Below, in pieces: positions 20,278 through 29,352 of a stretch of 64,000 nucleotides of DNA (position 1 is the first letter of the stretch; every line of letters starts with the position of its first letter). The notes under the pieces were generated by a model. It worked only from the letters and a program-made list of their open reading frames with translations, was not told where the DNA came from and did not search any database. Position numbers and translations under genes: made by a program. This DNA comes from an uncultured delta proteobacterium (GTDB lineage Bacteria > Desulfobacterota > Desulfuromonadia > Desulfuromonadales > JACZKF01): the NCBI GenBank assembly GCA_963816395.1, contig CAWFKQ010000005.1, positions 334,156 to 398,155 of the forward strand, in the 5' to 3' direction.

Positions 20278-21318
20278 TCAGATCAGCCCGCGGGCTTCCG
20301 CCACCTGTCCCCGGTAGAAATCGAAGATCAGATGCAGCGCCTGGCGCATGTCCACCTGCGGCTGCCAGCCGAGCTCGGCGCAGGTGTTGTCGATTTTCGG
20401 CACCCGGGTCTGCACGTCCTGGTAACCTTCGCCGTAGTATTCCTGCGACAGCACCTCCACCAGCCGCACCTTTTCCGCCGATTCCCGGTACTCTTCGATG
20501 CTGCGCCCCAGGTCCAGCATCATCGTCGCCAGCTCGCGCACGGAAAAGTCGTTGACCGGATTGCCGATGTTGTAGATCTTGCCGCTGGCCACCCCGTCCG
20601 GGTTCTCGATGATGCGCAGCAAGGCGTCGATGCCGTCGCTGACATAGGTGAACGCCCGCTTCTGGCGGCCGCCGTCGACCAGGCTGATGTTTTCCCCGCG
20701 CACGATATGGCCGAGGAACTGGGTCAGTACCCGGGAGCTCCCTTCCTTGGGGGTGTGGATGCTGTCCAGGCCCGGGCCGATCCAGTTGAAGGGGCGGAAG
20801 AGGGTGAAATCGAGCCGCCCTTCCATGCCGTACCCCCAGATGACCCGGTCCATGAGCTGCTTGGCGCAGGAGTAAATCCAGCGCGGCTTGTTGATCGGTC
20901 CGAGCACCAGCTCCGACTGGTAGGGATCGAAGGATTCGTCCCGGCACATCCCGTAGACCTCGGAGGTGGAGGGGAAAACGATGCGTTTGCCGTACTGCAC
21001 GCACTGGCGGACGATCGGCAGGTTGGCCTCGAAATCGAGCGAGAAGACCCGCAGCGGATCCTTCACATAGGTGGCCGGGGTGGCAATGGCCACCAGGGGC
21101 AGGACCACGTCGCACTTGCAGACATGGTATTCGACCCATTCCCGGTTGATCGTGATGTCCCCTTCGAAGAAATGGAAACGCGGATGCGCAAGCAGGTCGG
21201 CCACCCGCTCCTGGTTCATGTCCATGCCGTAGACGTGCCAGTCGGTGTCATCGATGATGCGCTGGCTGAGGTGATGGCCGATGAAACCGTTGACGCCCAG
21301 GATCAATACCTTCTTCAT
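20278..21318 (-). CDS. arnA: UDP-glucuronate decarboxylase / UDP-4-keto-pentose-forming dehydrogenase (ArnA C-terminal domain, encoded here as a separate ORF)
   Basis: Intact 346 aa; MKKVLILGVNGFIGHHL (Rossmann)..IYSCAKQLMDR (YxxxK)..; its ATG overlaps the upstream stop (ATGA). Confidence 0.85.
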   Translation of the reverse strand: MKKVLILGVNGFIGHHLSQRIIDDTDWHVYGMDMNQERVADLLAHPRFHFFEGDITINREWVEYHVCKCDVVLPLVAIATPATYVKDPLRVFSLDFEANLPIVRQCVQYGKRIVFPSTSEVYGMCRDESFDPYQSELVLGPINKPRWIYSCAKQLMDRVIWGYGMEGRLDFTLFRPFNWIGPGLDSIHTPKEGSSRVLTQFLGHIVRGENISLVDGGRQKRAFTYVSDGIDALLRIIENPDGVASGKIYNIGNPVNDFSVRELATMMLDLGRSIEEYRESAEKVRLVEVLSQEYYGEGYQDVQTRVPKIDNTCAELGWQPQVDMRQALHLIFDFYRGQVAEARGLI

Positions 21319-22248
21319 GCTTCTGCTCCAGGTTGTAATAAATGCCCGCCGAACAGGGTGGACAGCTCACCGGCCGGCAAGGCCGGAGCGAATTCATGGG
21401 CCAGGATCTCCAGTCGACGGCCGTCCCGGCAGTCGGCATAGAGCCTGTTGCCCTCCAGGTAAAGGCAGGGGGCGGCAGTCGGATGACGGGCGGCTTCGCT
21501 GTCGATCCGGCTGCGCAGTATCCGCAGGGTCCTGCCGGCCAGGGTGGTGAAGGCGCCGGGATATGGCGGGGCCACCGCCCGGATCAGGTTGTGGATCCGT
21601 TCGGCGGAGAGCTGCCAGTCGATGCGCCCGTCCGCCGGCCGCCGGCCGCCGAAATAGCTCCCCTGCCGCAGGTCGAGAGGGATGCGGGGCGCCTGCCCGG
21701 CAACCAGCAGCGGCAGGGAGCGGTGCAGGACCAGCTCGGCCGCCCAGGTGACCTTGTGGAACACCTCCAGGGCGGTATCGTCGCCCAGGATCGGCACCGC
21801 CTGCTGATCGACCAGGGGACCGGCGTCCGGCTTCAGCTCCATGTAGTGCAGGCTCGCACCGGTCTCCCGCTCGCCGTTGATGATGGCCCAGTTGACCGGG
21901 ACCCGGCCGCGGTAGCGCGGGAAGGAGCGAGCCGTGCATGTTGAGGGCACCGCGGCGGGGGATGGACAGCAGCCCCTCCTTGAGCATCTTGCGGTAATAG
22001 AAGGAGAAGATGAAATCGGGCTGCAGCTCGCGCACCCTGGCGATCACTTCAGGGGTATTGGGGTCCTCCGGGGTGATCACCGGGATGTCGTGCCGCTGCG
22101 CCAGTTCGGCGACGCTGGCGAACCAGAGGGTCTCGCCCGGGTCATCCCGGTGGGTGACCAGCAGGGAAACTTCCATCCCCCCATCGAGCAGGACCGACAG
22201 GCAGCGGTAGCCGACGTTGTGATAGGCGAAGACCACGCACCGGTTCAC
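21315..22248 (-). CDS. arnA: UDP-L-Ara4N formyltransferase (ArnA N-terminal domain, encoded as a separate ORF), one apparent frameshift
   Basis: GTG 22248 (GTGA overlap with the arnC stop): VNRCVVFAYHNVGYRCL..GALNMHGSLLP then, after a change near 21920, RYRGRVPVNWAIINGERETGASLHYM.. (HxSLLPxxRG formyltransferase motif). Confidence 0.8.
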
Positions 22249-23243
22249 TTCCCGGCCTCCTGCAGCGGCTGACACACGGGCGATTCCTCCTCGAGAATGC
22301 CGCTGATCAGGTAGCGGGGACGCTCCCGGACCTGCTGGTAGATGCGCCCGACGTATTCCCCCAGCAGGCCGATGCCGAAAAGCAGGATGCCGATGAGGAA
22401 AAAGGTGATGGCGAAGAGGGTGAAGACCCCCTCCACTTCCGGGCCGATGATCAGCCGCCGCAGCACGAGGTAGATCACCAGGATGCCGGAGAGAAGGGAA
22501 ATGGCCATGCCGGCGAGGGAAAACATCTGCAGCGGCACCACCGAGAAGGCGGTCATCAGGTCGAAGTTGAGGCGGATCAGCTTGTAGAGGGAATATTTCG
22601 ACTCCCCCGCCTCGCGCTCGGCATGCTCGACGACGATTTCCGTCGGCCTGGCCGCATAGAGATAGGCCAGGGCCGGGATGTAGGTATTGAGCTCGCGGGT
22701 AGCGTTGATGGCGTCGATCACGGCACGGCCATAGGCGCGCAGCATGCAGCCCTGGTCGGTCATCCGGATGCGGGTGATGCGCTGGCGCACCTTATTCATC
22801 AGGCGGGAGGCGGCCTTGCGCCAGAAGATGTCCCGGCGCTTGTTGCGAATCGTACCCACGTAATCGAACCCCTCGTCCATCTTCGCCAGCAGCTTGCCGA
22901 TTTCCTCCGGCGGGTTCTGCAGGTCGGCATCCAGGGTCACGATCCGCCGGCCGCGGCAATGCTTGAAGCCGGCCAGGATGGCGGCATGCTGGCCGAAATT
23001 GCCGCTGAACAGGATCACCCGGGTCTCGGCCGGCCGCTTCTCGTACTGCTCCCGCAGCAGGGCGGCCGAGCGGTCGGCACTGCCGTCCTCGACGAACAGG
23101 CATTCGTAGGAGCGCCCGGTGGCATCGAGGGCCCGGTAGAGGCGATCGAACAGGGCGGGGAGCACCGCCTCTTCGTTGTAGACCGGGATCACCACCGAAA
23201 TTTCCGGTAGCGGTTCCCCCTTGATTTTACTTTTGGTTGCCAT
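22245..23243 (-). CDS. arnC: Undecaprenyl-phosphate 4-deoxy-4-formamido-L-arabinose transferase ArnC (GT2)
   Basis: ATG 23243: MATKSKIKGEPLPEISVVIPVYNEE..IVTLDADLQNPPEE..; two C-terminal TM helices; intact. Confidence 0.85.
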   Translation of the reverse strand: MATKSKIKGEPLPEISVVIPVYNEEAVLPALFDRLYRALDATGRSYECLFVEDGSADRSAALLREQYEKRPAETRVILFSGNFGQHAAILAGFKHCRGRRIVTLDADLQNPPEEIGKLLAKMDEGFDYVGTIRNKRRDIFWRKAASRLMNKVRQRITRIRMTDQGCMLRAYGRAVIDAINATRELNTYIPALAYLYAARPTEIVVEHAEREAGESKYSLYKLIRLNFDLMTAFSVVPLQMFSLAGMAISLLSGILVIYLVLRRLIIGPEVEGVFTLFAITFFLIGILLFGIGLLGEYVGRIYQQVRERPRYLISGILEEESPVCQPLQEAGK

Positions 23244-23261
23244 ATGGGCGTCAATCCTGTA

Positions 23262-23326
23262 GGGGCGCCGCTTGCTGCGCCCGATTTGCCGGGGATAATC
23301 CACCAGGGCGCAGCAAGCGGCGCCCC
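23262..23326. repeat. Perfect 21-bp inverted repeat (hairpin) with a 23-nt loop in the arnB-arnC spacer
   Basis: Left arm 23262..23282 ggggcgccgcttgctgcgccc. Right arm 23306..23326 gggcgcagcaagcggcgcccc, its exact reverse complement. Confidence 0.9.
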
Positions 23327-23354
23327 AACGTGGTATGTCGAAGGCTCATGCACC

Positions 23355-24481
23355 TCAGCCCCCGGACAGCACCTCGCGCAGGGCGCGGCAGACCCTGTCC
23401 ACATCCGCCGTCTCCATGCCCGGGAAGAGCGGCAGGGTGACCGTCTCCCGGCCGATGCGCTCGGCGTTGGGGAACTGCCCTCCCCGGTACCCCATGGCGC
23501 GGTACAGGCTGAACAGGTGCAGGGCCGGGTAATGGATGCCGATGCCGATCCCCCGCTCCTTCATCGCCTGCTGAAAGGCGGTCCGGCTGAGGCCGAGCCG
23601 CTCGAAGGGAAGCAGCAGGGTGAACATGTGCCAGCTGTGCCCGGCATCGCCCGGCGCCGGCAGTACCCCCGGCGGCTCCTCCCGGAAGGTTTTCCAGGTA
23701 GCGGGCCGCCAACAGGCGGCGTTTGGCGTTGAACTCCTCCAGCCGTTTCAGCTGTCCCAGCCCGACGCGGGCGGCGACGTCGGAGAGGTTCATCTTGCCG
23801 CCGGCGACGGTGACGTCCATTTCTCCCGCCGAGTCGCGGGAGATGCCATGGAAGCGCAGTTTGTCCAGGCGGGCGAGGAGCGCCGGATCGCCGACCGAGA
23901 GCGCTCCCCCCTCGATGGTGGTCATGTTCTTGTTGGGATGGAAGCTGAAGCCGACCAGGTCGCCGAAGGCGCCGATCCGCCGCTCCCCGCCAGGCGCTGC
24001 CGATGGCGTGGGCGGCGTCTTCGATGACCCGCAGACCGCGGCGCTCGGCCAGTCGGTAGAGCGCGTCCATGTTGACCGGCAGGCCCGAGAAATGCACCGG
24101 CATGATCGCCCGGGTGCGCGGGGAGAGGGCCGCTTCGACCTGCTCCAGGTCGAGGTTGCGGGAGGCGAGCTCGACATCGACGAAGACCGGCCGGGCGCCG
24201 GCGCGCACGACCACGTTGGCGGTGGCGGCGAAGGTCATCGCCGGCACGATCACCTCGTCCCCGGGCCCGATGTCGCACAGGGCCAGGGCCACTTCCAGCG
24301 CCGCGGTACCGGAGCTGAAGGCCCGCACCGTCCGCCCGCCGCCCAGGTAATCGGCCAGGGCCGCCTCGAAAGCGCTCACCTGCGGGCCGGTGGCGAGCCA
24401 GCCGGATTGGAGCACTTCCACCACCCCCTCGATCGTCTCCTGATCGAGGGTGGGCCGGGTAAAGGGGAGAAACTCGGTCAT
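23355..24481 (-). CDS. arnB: UDP-4-amino-4-deoxy-L-arabinose--oxoglutarate aminotransferase ArnB (DegT/DnrJ/EryC1 family), two apparent frameshifts
   Basis: MTEFLPFTRPTLDQETIEGVVEVLQSGWLATGPQV..EDAAHAIGSAW | ..GAFGDLVGFSFHPNKNMTTIEGGAL.. (PLP Lys) | ..EEPPGVLPAPGDAGHSWHMFTLLLPFE..TVTLPLFPGM. Changes near 23990 and 23688. Confidence 0.85.
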
Positions 24482-24576
24482 TGCTCTTCTTTCTTCAAAA
24501 TGCCGATGCCCTGATAAAAGAAAGGGGAAACCCAGTCAGGCTGAGCAAAAATGCCCAGATGCAAGGCCGCCTGAGA

Positions 24577-25045
24577 TTATCCTTCGGCATAAGGGGAGGC
24601 CGAGGGTACGTCGTTGGCGAAGGATACAAGCCGCCCAACGCCGCAGAAGGGGGTTATTAATCGGCCGCCTGAGCAGCTGCGGGCGACGATATAGACGCCG
24701 ACAATAATCACCCCGATCCCCAGCAGGCGGAAGGGTGTCACCGCCTCGCCGAAAAGGACGTAGGCAGCGGCGGCGTTCACCACATAGCCGATGGACAGCA
24801 TCGGGTAGGCGATGCTGACTTCGACCCGGGACAGGGCGAGAATCCAGATGACGACGCTGATGACATAGCAGCCCAGGCCGCCGAAAATATGCGGTTCGAA
24901 GGCCAGTCGCCAGCCGGCGGCAACCAGGCTTTCCCACTTCAGCTGGATGGCGCCGAGGCTGCGCACACCCGGCCTTCAGCAACAGCTGGGCGGCGGCGTT
25001 CAGCAGGACGCCGATCAGGATCAGAATGAAACTGGTCGGATTCAT
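24577..25045 (-). CDS. arnE: Small multi-TM EamA/SMR-like protein, probable Ara4N-undecaprenyl-phosphate flippase subunit (ArnE/ArnF-like), one apparent frameshift
   Basis: ATG 25045 overlaps the arnT stop (ATGA): MNPTSFILILIGVLLNAAAQLLLKAG | RSLGAIQLKWESLVAAGWRLAFEPHIFGGLGCYVISVVIWILALSRVEVSIAYPMLSIGYVVNAAAAYVLFGE. Change near 24968; C-terminal end uncertain. Confidence 0.65.
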
Positions 25046-26694
25046 GGTTTGGTCACCACCACTCGCCGCGGGTCGCGGGCGATCTCGCGCATGGGGATGT
25101 CCTGCCGGCGCAGCGCGGTAAAAGGGCGGGCGACATCACCGCCAGGGCCTTCGGCTCCGCCAGCCAGCGGGCCACGAAGCCGGGAACATCCGGAACCCAC
25201 TTCTGCGGTTCCCGGGAAATCCCGAAATCCAGCTCCCCCCGGCTCTTGACCAGGGTCAGCGTGCGGTTCAGATAGAAGGGAAGAGTCTGATCATAGCGGC
25301 CGACACAGTAAAAAGGGATGTCCGAGGTATTGTAGGGAGCAACCTGGTGGGCGAGAGCATGCGCGGAATAGGAAGGGGTCAAGGCCTGCGCCCCGGTGAG
25401 CCAGAGGTGCACGGCGAAAAACCAGCTCAAGGCCAAGGTCCCGATAACCCTTTCGAATCTCGCCTGCCGAAGCCACCGCCAGGCCGCCAGGGTTCCCAGC
25501 AGAATCAGCCCTAAACCTGCCGTCAACCATGGGGTGAGGGCGGCATAGAGTTCCGCCGGGGCACTGGGCCGGCCGAAACGTTCGAGGCCGAACGTCAGCA
25601 CGAACAGCAAACCGCCGAGGGCGAAAAGGCCGGAGAGCAGGGTGTTCCAGCGCAGTTGCGACCGGGCCGGGCTGGCCAGCCGCAGGCCGATAAGCAGCGC
25701 CAGCGCCGGGAATACCGGCTCGATGTAAGGAGGCAGCTTGGAATCGGAGAGGGAAAAGAAGACCAGGATGGCCCCCCCCCAGGACCAGAGGAAACGCTGC
25801 GCATCGAAACCTTCCGCGCGGTTCCTGCCGGCGCCATCCCTCGGTCAGCACCGCCAGCTGCTGCGGCATCCAGGGAAGACTGCCGACGATCAGGATCGGC
25901 AGAAAAAACCACCAGGGTTCATAGCGATGATGCACCTTGGTGAGAAATCGCTCGAAGTGTTCATGGATGAAAAAGAAATGGAAGAAATCGGGGTTCTTCA
26001 GAGAGACCAGGATGAACCAGGGCGCCCCCAGCAGCAGGAAGACGGTCAGCCCGGAACCAAAATGCAGACGTCGCCAGAGTTTCCAGTCCCGCTGCAGCAG
26101 GGTATAGAGCACCACGGCGCCGGCAGGCAGGACGAGCCCGATCAGCCCCTTGCTGAGCACCGCCAGGGCCGCGCTGCCCCAGGCCATGAGCATCCAGGAC
26201 CGGCTTTTCCCGCCCTCGGCGGCGGCCTGCTGCGCCAGCAGAATACCGACCATGCTTGCGGTCAGGAAAAAAGTCAGCCCGGTATCGAGGGTATTGAAGC
26301 GGCCGAAGGAGGCGAAGTAGATCGTGCTGGCGAGCGCGACGGCGGCATAGAGGCCGGTGCGGCGGTCGAAAAGGCGGCGCCCGGCCAACCAGACCAGCAG
26401 GACGGTGCCGAAGCCGGTCAGGTACGACCACAACCGGGCCGTCCAGTTATGCAGGCCGAAGGCGCTGTAAGCGGTTGCCGTTGCCCAGTATTGCAGCGCC
26501 GGCTTTTCAAAATACTTGAAGTCGTCCAGGCGGGGGGTCAGCCAGTCTCCGCTTGCCACCATTTCCCTGGGGATCTCGGCATAGCGGCCTTCGTCCGGAT
26601 GGAACAGGTCGCGGTACTGGATATTACTGAACCACACTACCGCCAGGAGGAGAATAATCAGAGCGTGGTTGCGGATCTTCGAGGATTCATTCAC
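25042..26694 (-). CDS. arnT: Undecaprenyl-phosphate-alpha-L-Ara4N:lipid A arabinosyltransferase ArnT (GT83), two apparent frameshifts
   Basis: MNESSKIRNHALIILLLAVVWFSNIQYRDLFHPDEGRYAEIPREM..YFEKPALQYW.. Continues after ~25825 as ..EGFDAQRFLWSWGGAILVFFSLSDSKLPPYIEP.. and after ~25125 as ..FTALRRQDIPMREIARDPRRVVVTKP. Confidence 0.85.
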
Positions 26695-26883
26695 AGCGGG
26701 TATGCCGGTTGGTTCGGAGAGCGTCAGCAGGCCTTGCGGCGACCAGGGGATCTCGGGTTTCCCTATAGAGTACTTGCTTCAACGACCCGCCGAGTCTACA
26801 CCTGAGCCCCAGGAATGGAAAGAGAAAAGATCGACCACCGGGGCCGGGGCTGCCGCCGCTTCCGGCCAGGGGCGGTGGTTTAT

Positions 26884-27138
26884 CTAGAACAGGATGACCC
26901 CGATCAGCCCGAGAACGGCCACCCCGATGGCCCCCACCGCCAGAACAATGGCGGCGATGCTCAGCAGGCCACCGCCGATGCGCGGTGAAGCGGCCATGAC
27001 CAAGCCGATGATGCCGAGGGGGATGGCCACCAGCGCCGCAATCAATCCGTAGACCGGGTGAGCGGTAAAGGTGAGGAAATAACTGGCGATGGCGGCGATG
27101 ATGGAAACCGTTGCGCTGGTACCGGCTTTCTGTTCCAT
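26884..27138 (-). CDS. Small hydrophobic membrane protein, unknown function
   Basis: 84 aa, three predicted TM stretches (..IIAAIASYFLTF.., ..GLIAALVAIPLGIIGLVMAA.., ..LLSIAAIVLAVGAIGVAVLGLIGVILF). Confidence 0.5.
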   Translation of the reverse strand: MEQKAGTSATVSIIAAIASYFLTFTAHPVYGLIAALVAIPLGIIGLVMAASPRIGGGLLSIAAIVLAVGAIGVAVLGLIGVILF

Positions 27139-27329
27139 TAATTTTTCCCCGGGTGGAGGCGGCCGGCGACCTGCGGCCGCGAATTATCTCCAGTTTATCA
27201 CTGTTGAAGAGCAAGAAAACCATCTCCGGGCCGCTTTGCTCCAACAGAGAAATTTTCTGCTTGCGAGTTTAGACATTCGGGAGAAAGGTTTTATTCTTTC
27301 AGGAGGGTCAAGCAACTTATGGAGAGAAA

Positions 27330-27824
27330 ATGACGAACCAGGAACCTGCCTACATTTCCCGGGTACGCATCGAACGCCTGAAGGGGCCGATCCGCCTGGC
27401 CTATCTGCCAGCAGAAAAAGAACCGGTGGTCTTCGGCATGCACGGACCGGTGGCGGAGCACTACGGCCGCAGGGCGGAGGAAGTAAGAGAGCCGCACGCC
27501 ACTACCCTCGACTACGTGGTGGCGGCGACCGGCGGCTGAATGGTCGGCACTTTTGCCGGCGCGCTGGAAGCGCGTCAGATCCCCGCCGGCGGGGGGCGTC
27601 TAACCGCCGAAGTCCGCGGTGAAATCGAACTCGAAGACAATGTTCTGGTCATCCGCCGCATCCATATCGTCTATCACCTCACGGCCACTCCCGGCCAGCA
27701 GGAAACCATCGACCGGGTCCAACGGATCCACCATCAGGGGTGCCCGGTCTACCGTTCGCTGCACAAGGGAATCGAGATCACCTCCGAAGTGCAAATCAAG
27801 GAGGAGCAGGCGACTACCGGTTGA
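27330..27824 (+). CDS. OsmC/Ohr-family peroxiredoxin-like protein with an in-frame TGA (27537..27539) at the first conserved Cys position; candidate selenoprotein
   Basis: Track ORFs 27330..27539 and 27540..27824 share one frame and are separated only by TGA. The junction reads ..HATTLDYVVAATGG[TGA]MVGTFAGALEA.. and the second conserved Cys is present in ..HHQGCPVYRSL. Confidence 0.65.
27545..27576 (+). promoter_or_regulatory. Candidate bacterial SECIS: two adjacent hairpins 6-37 nt downstream of the in-frame UGA
   Basis: CGGCA-CUUU-UGCCG (27545..27558) and GGCGCGC-UGGAA-GCGCGUC (27558..27576; 7 bp including one G-U, G-containing apical loop). Confidence 0.4.
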
Positions 27825-27948
27825 AATTTCCGCTTCGGGCCGCGGCCCGGAGATAAGCTCGCGATTGGGAACCGCTCAGGATCCGGGATATCGGGGTGCG
27901 GAGTGGAGGATGCGGGCTCGGGGGCGGAACGCTCCGGTTCACATCCCT

Positions 27949-28917
27949 TTAGCGAAAGACGCTCAACACCAGGTAGGCGAGGTAGCCGAAATAGCAGGCC
28001 ACGAGCACCGCACCTTCACACCGGTTGATCCGACCGCCCCCCCGCAAACCGTAGCCGATGGCAAAAAGGGAGAGGGTCAGGATTCCCATGACCAACATAT
28101 CCCGGGAGAGCACTTCCGGGGCAACGGTCATGGGGTGAATCGTTCCGGCGATGCCGACCACCGCCAGGGTGTTGAAGAGATTTGAACCGATGACGTTGCC
28201 CAGGGCGATGTCATGCTCGCCTTTGCGGGTGGCGATCACCGAGGAGGCCAGTTCGGGCAGCGAGGTGCCGATGGCGACAATGGTCAAGCCGATGATCAGG
28301 TCGCTGACCCCGAAGCCACGGGCGATCTCCACCGCCCCCCAGACCAGAATACGAGAGCTGACGATCAGCAGCACCAGACCGAGCAGCAGACGGAAGATGG
28401 CCCGGCCGAGAGGCATGGCATGCAGTTGGAGTTCCTGCTCCGTCTCCCTGCCGAGGGGGTCGGCCCCCTGGCTCAGACCTTGCCGGATGGCCCAGGCCAT
28501 CAGGGCGGCGAAGACGCCCAGCAGGACGACTGCATCGGCGCGGCTAAGCTCCCCGTCCCAGAGCTGAAAGGCGGCCAGCACCGTCACGGCGATCAGGATC
28601 GGCAGTTCCTTGCGCAGCACCTGCGAATGGACGGAAATGGGGCTGATCAGCGCCGTCAACCCAAGGATCAGGGCAATATTGGTGATATTCGAGCCGTAGG
28701 CGTTACCCAGGGCGATCCCGGGATTGCCCTGCGAGGCAGCCAGGGCCGAGACCACCATCTCCGGCGCCGAGGTGCCGAAGCCGACGATAACCATGCCGAT
28801 CAGCAGGGAGGGCATGCCGAAATAACGGGCCGTAGCGGCTGATCCTTCGACAAAATGGTCGGCGCTCCAGACCAGGAGCGCCAGACCGAATAAGAGGGCA
28901 AGAGAAGCCAGTGTCAT
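27949..28917 (-). CDS. CaCA-family cation/Ca2+ antiporter (YrbG-like Na+/Ca2+ exchanger)
   Basis: Intact 322 aa; alpha-repeat motifs ..GFGTSAPEMVVS.. and ..AIGTSLPELASS..; about 10 TM. Confidence 0.85.
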   Translation of the reverse strand: MTLASLALLFGLALLVWSADHFVEGSAATARYFGMPSLLIGMVIVGFGTSAPEMVVSALAASQGNPGIALGNAYGSNITNIALILGLTALISPISVHSQVLRKELPILIAVTVLAAFQLWDGELSRADAVVLLGVFAALMAWAIRQGLSQGADPLGRETEQELQLHAMPLGRAIFRLLLGLVLLIVSSRILVWGAVEIARGFGVSDLIIGLTIVAIGTSLPELASSVIATRKGEHDIALGNVIGSNLFNTLAVVGIAGTIHPMTVAPEVLSRDMLVMGILTLSLFAIGYGLRGGGRINRCEGAVLVACYFGYLAYLVLSVFR

Positions 28918-28935
28918 ATACCTGAGTGACCTTCT

Positions 28936-29352
28936 CTAATTTTCACGCTCGGCTCTTTCAAAGGCAGCTTGCGCCCCAGGCAGGTCCCCGAGTTTACTTC
29001 GTGCCCGGCCGATGATCCGCCAGTTTTCAGTCAGCAGGCGCTTGTCATCCCCGCCGAGGGCATTGGCTTTGGCAGCGAGGTTTTCCGCTTGCCGGTATTG
29101 TCCCTGATCCAGTCGGACGCGCGCCAGTTCCTGCCACAGCAGGGGATTGCGCGGTTCGATGCGCAAGGCGCGTTCCAGCGAGGCGCCGGCGGCCTCCGAA
29201 CGGCCGGCGGACAACTGGGTTTGTGCCTGGCCCAGCAGGGCCACCACCGCCTCGTTCCGCGACGGTGGCGGCGGCGCACCCGGCTGCAGCCCCGCACACC
29301 CGGCAAGAAGCAGGACCGCGGCAATTATCGAAGCACTGCGCATTCCGGTCAT
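28936..29352 (-). CDS. TPR-repeat lipoprotein
   Basis: ATG 29352: MTGMRSASIIAAVLLLAGCAG (lipobox LAGC), then TPR-like ..ERALRIEPRNPLLWQELARVRLDQGQYRQAENLAAKA.. Confidence 0.65.
   Translation of the reverse strand: MTGMRSASIIAAVLLLAGCAGLQPGAPPPPSRNEAVVALLGQAQTQLSAGRSEAAGASLERALRIEPRNPLLWQELARVRLDQGQYRQAENLAAKANALGGDDKRLLTENWRIIGRARSKLGDLPGAQAAFERAEREN

Noticed and set aside
27537-27539. TGA as an ordinary stop, giving two small genes (69 aa and 94 aa)
   Set aside because: The second ORF would begin at the very next codon with no RBS spacing. Each half alone is an incomplete OsmC fold, and the stop replaces the conserved Cys. Sec read-through (or a base-call error of TGC/TGT) explains it better. 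The two-gene reading is kept only as the alternative in the finding.
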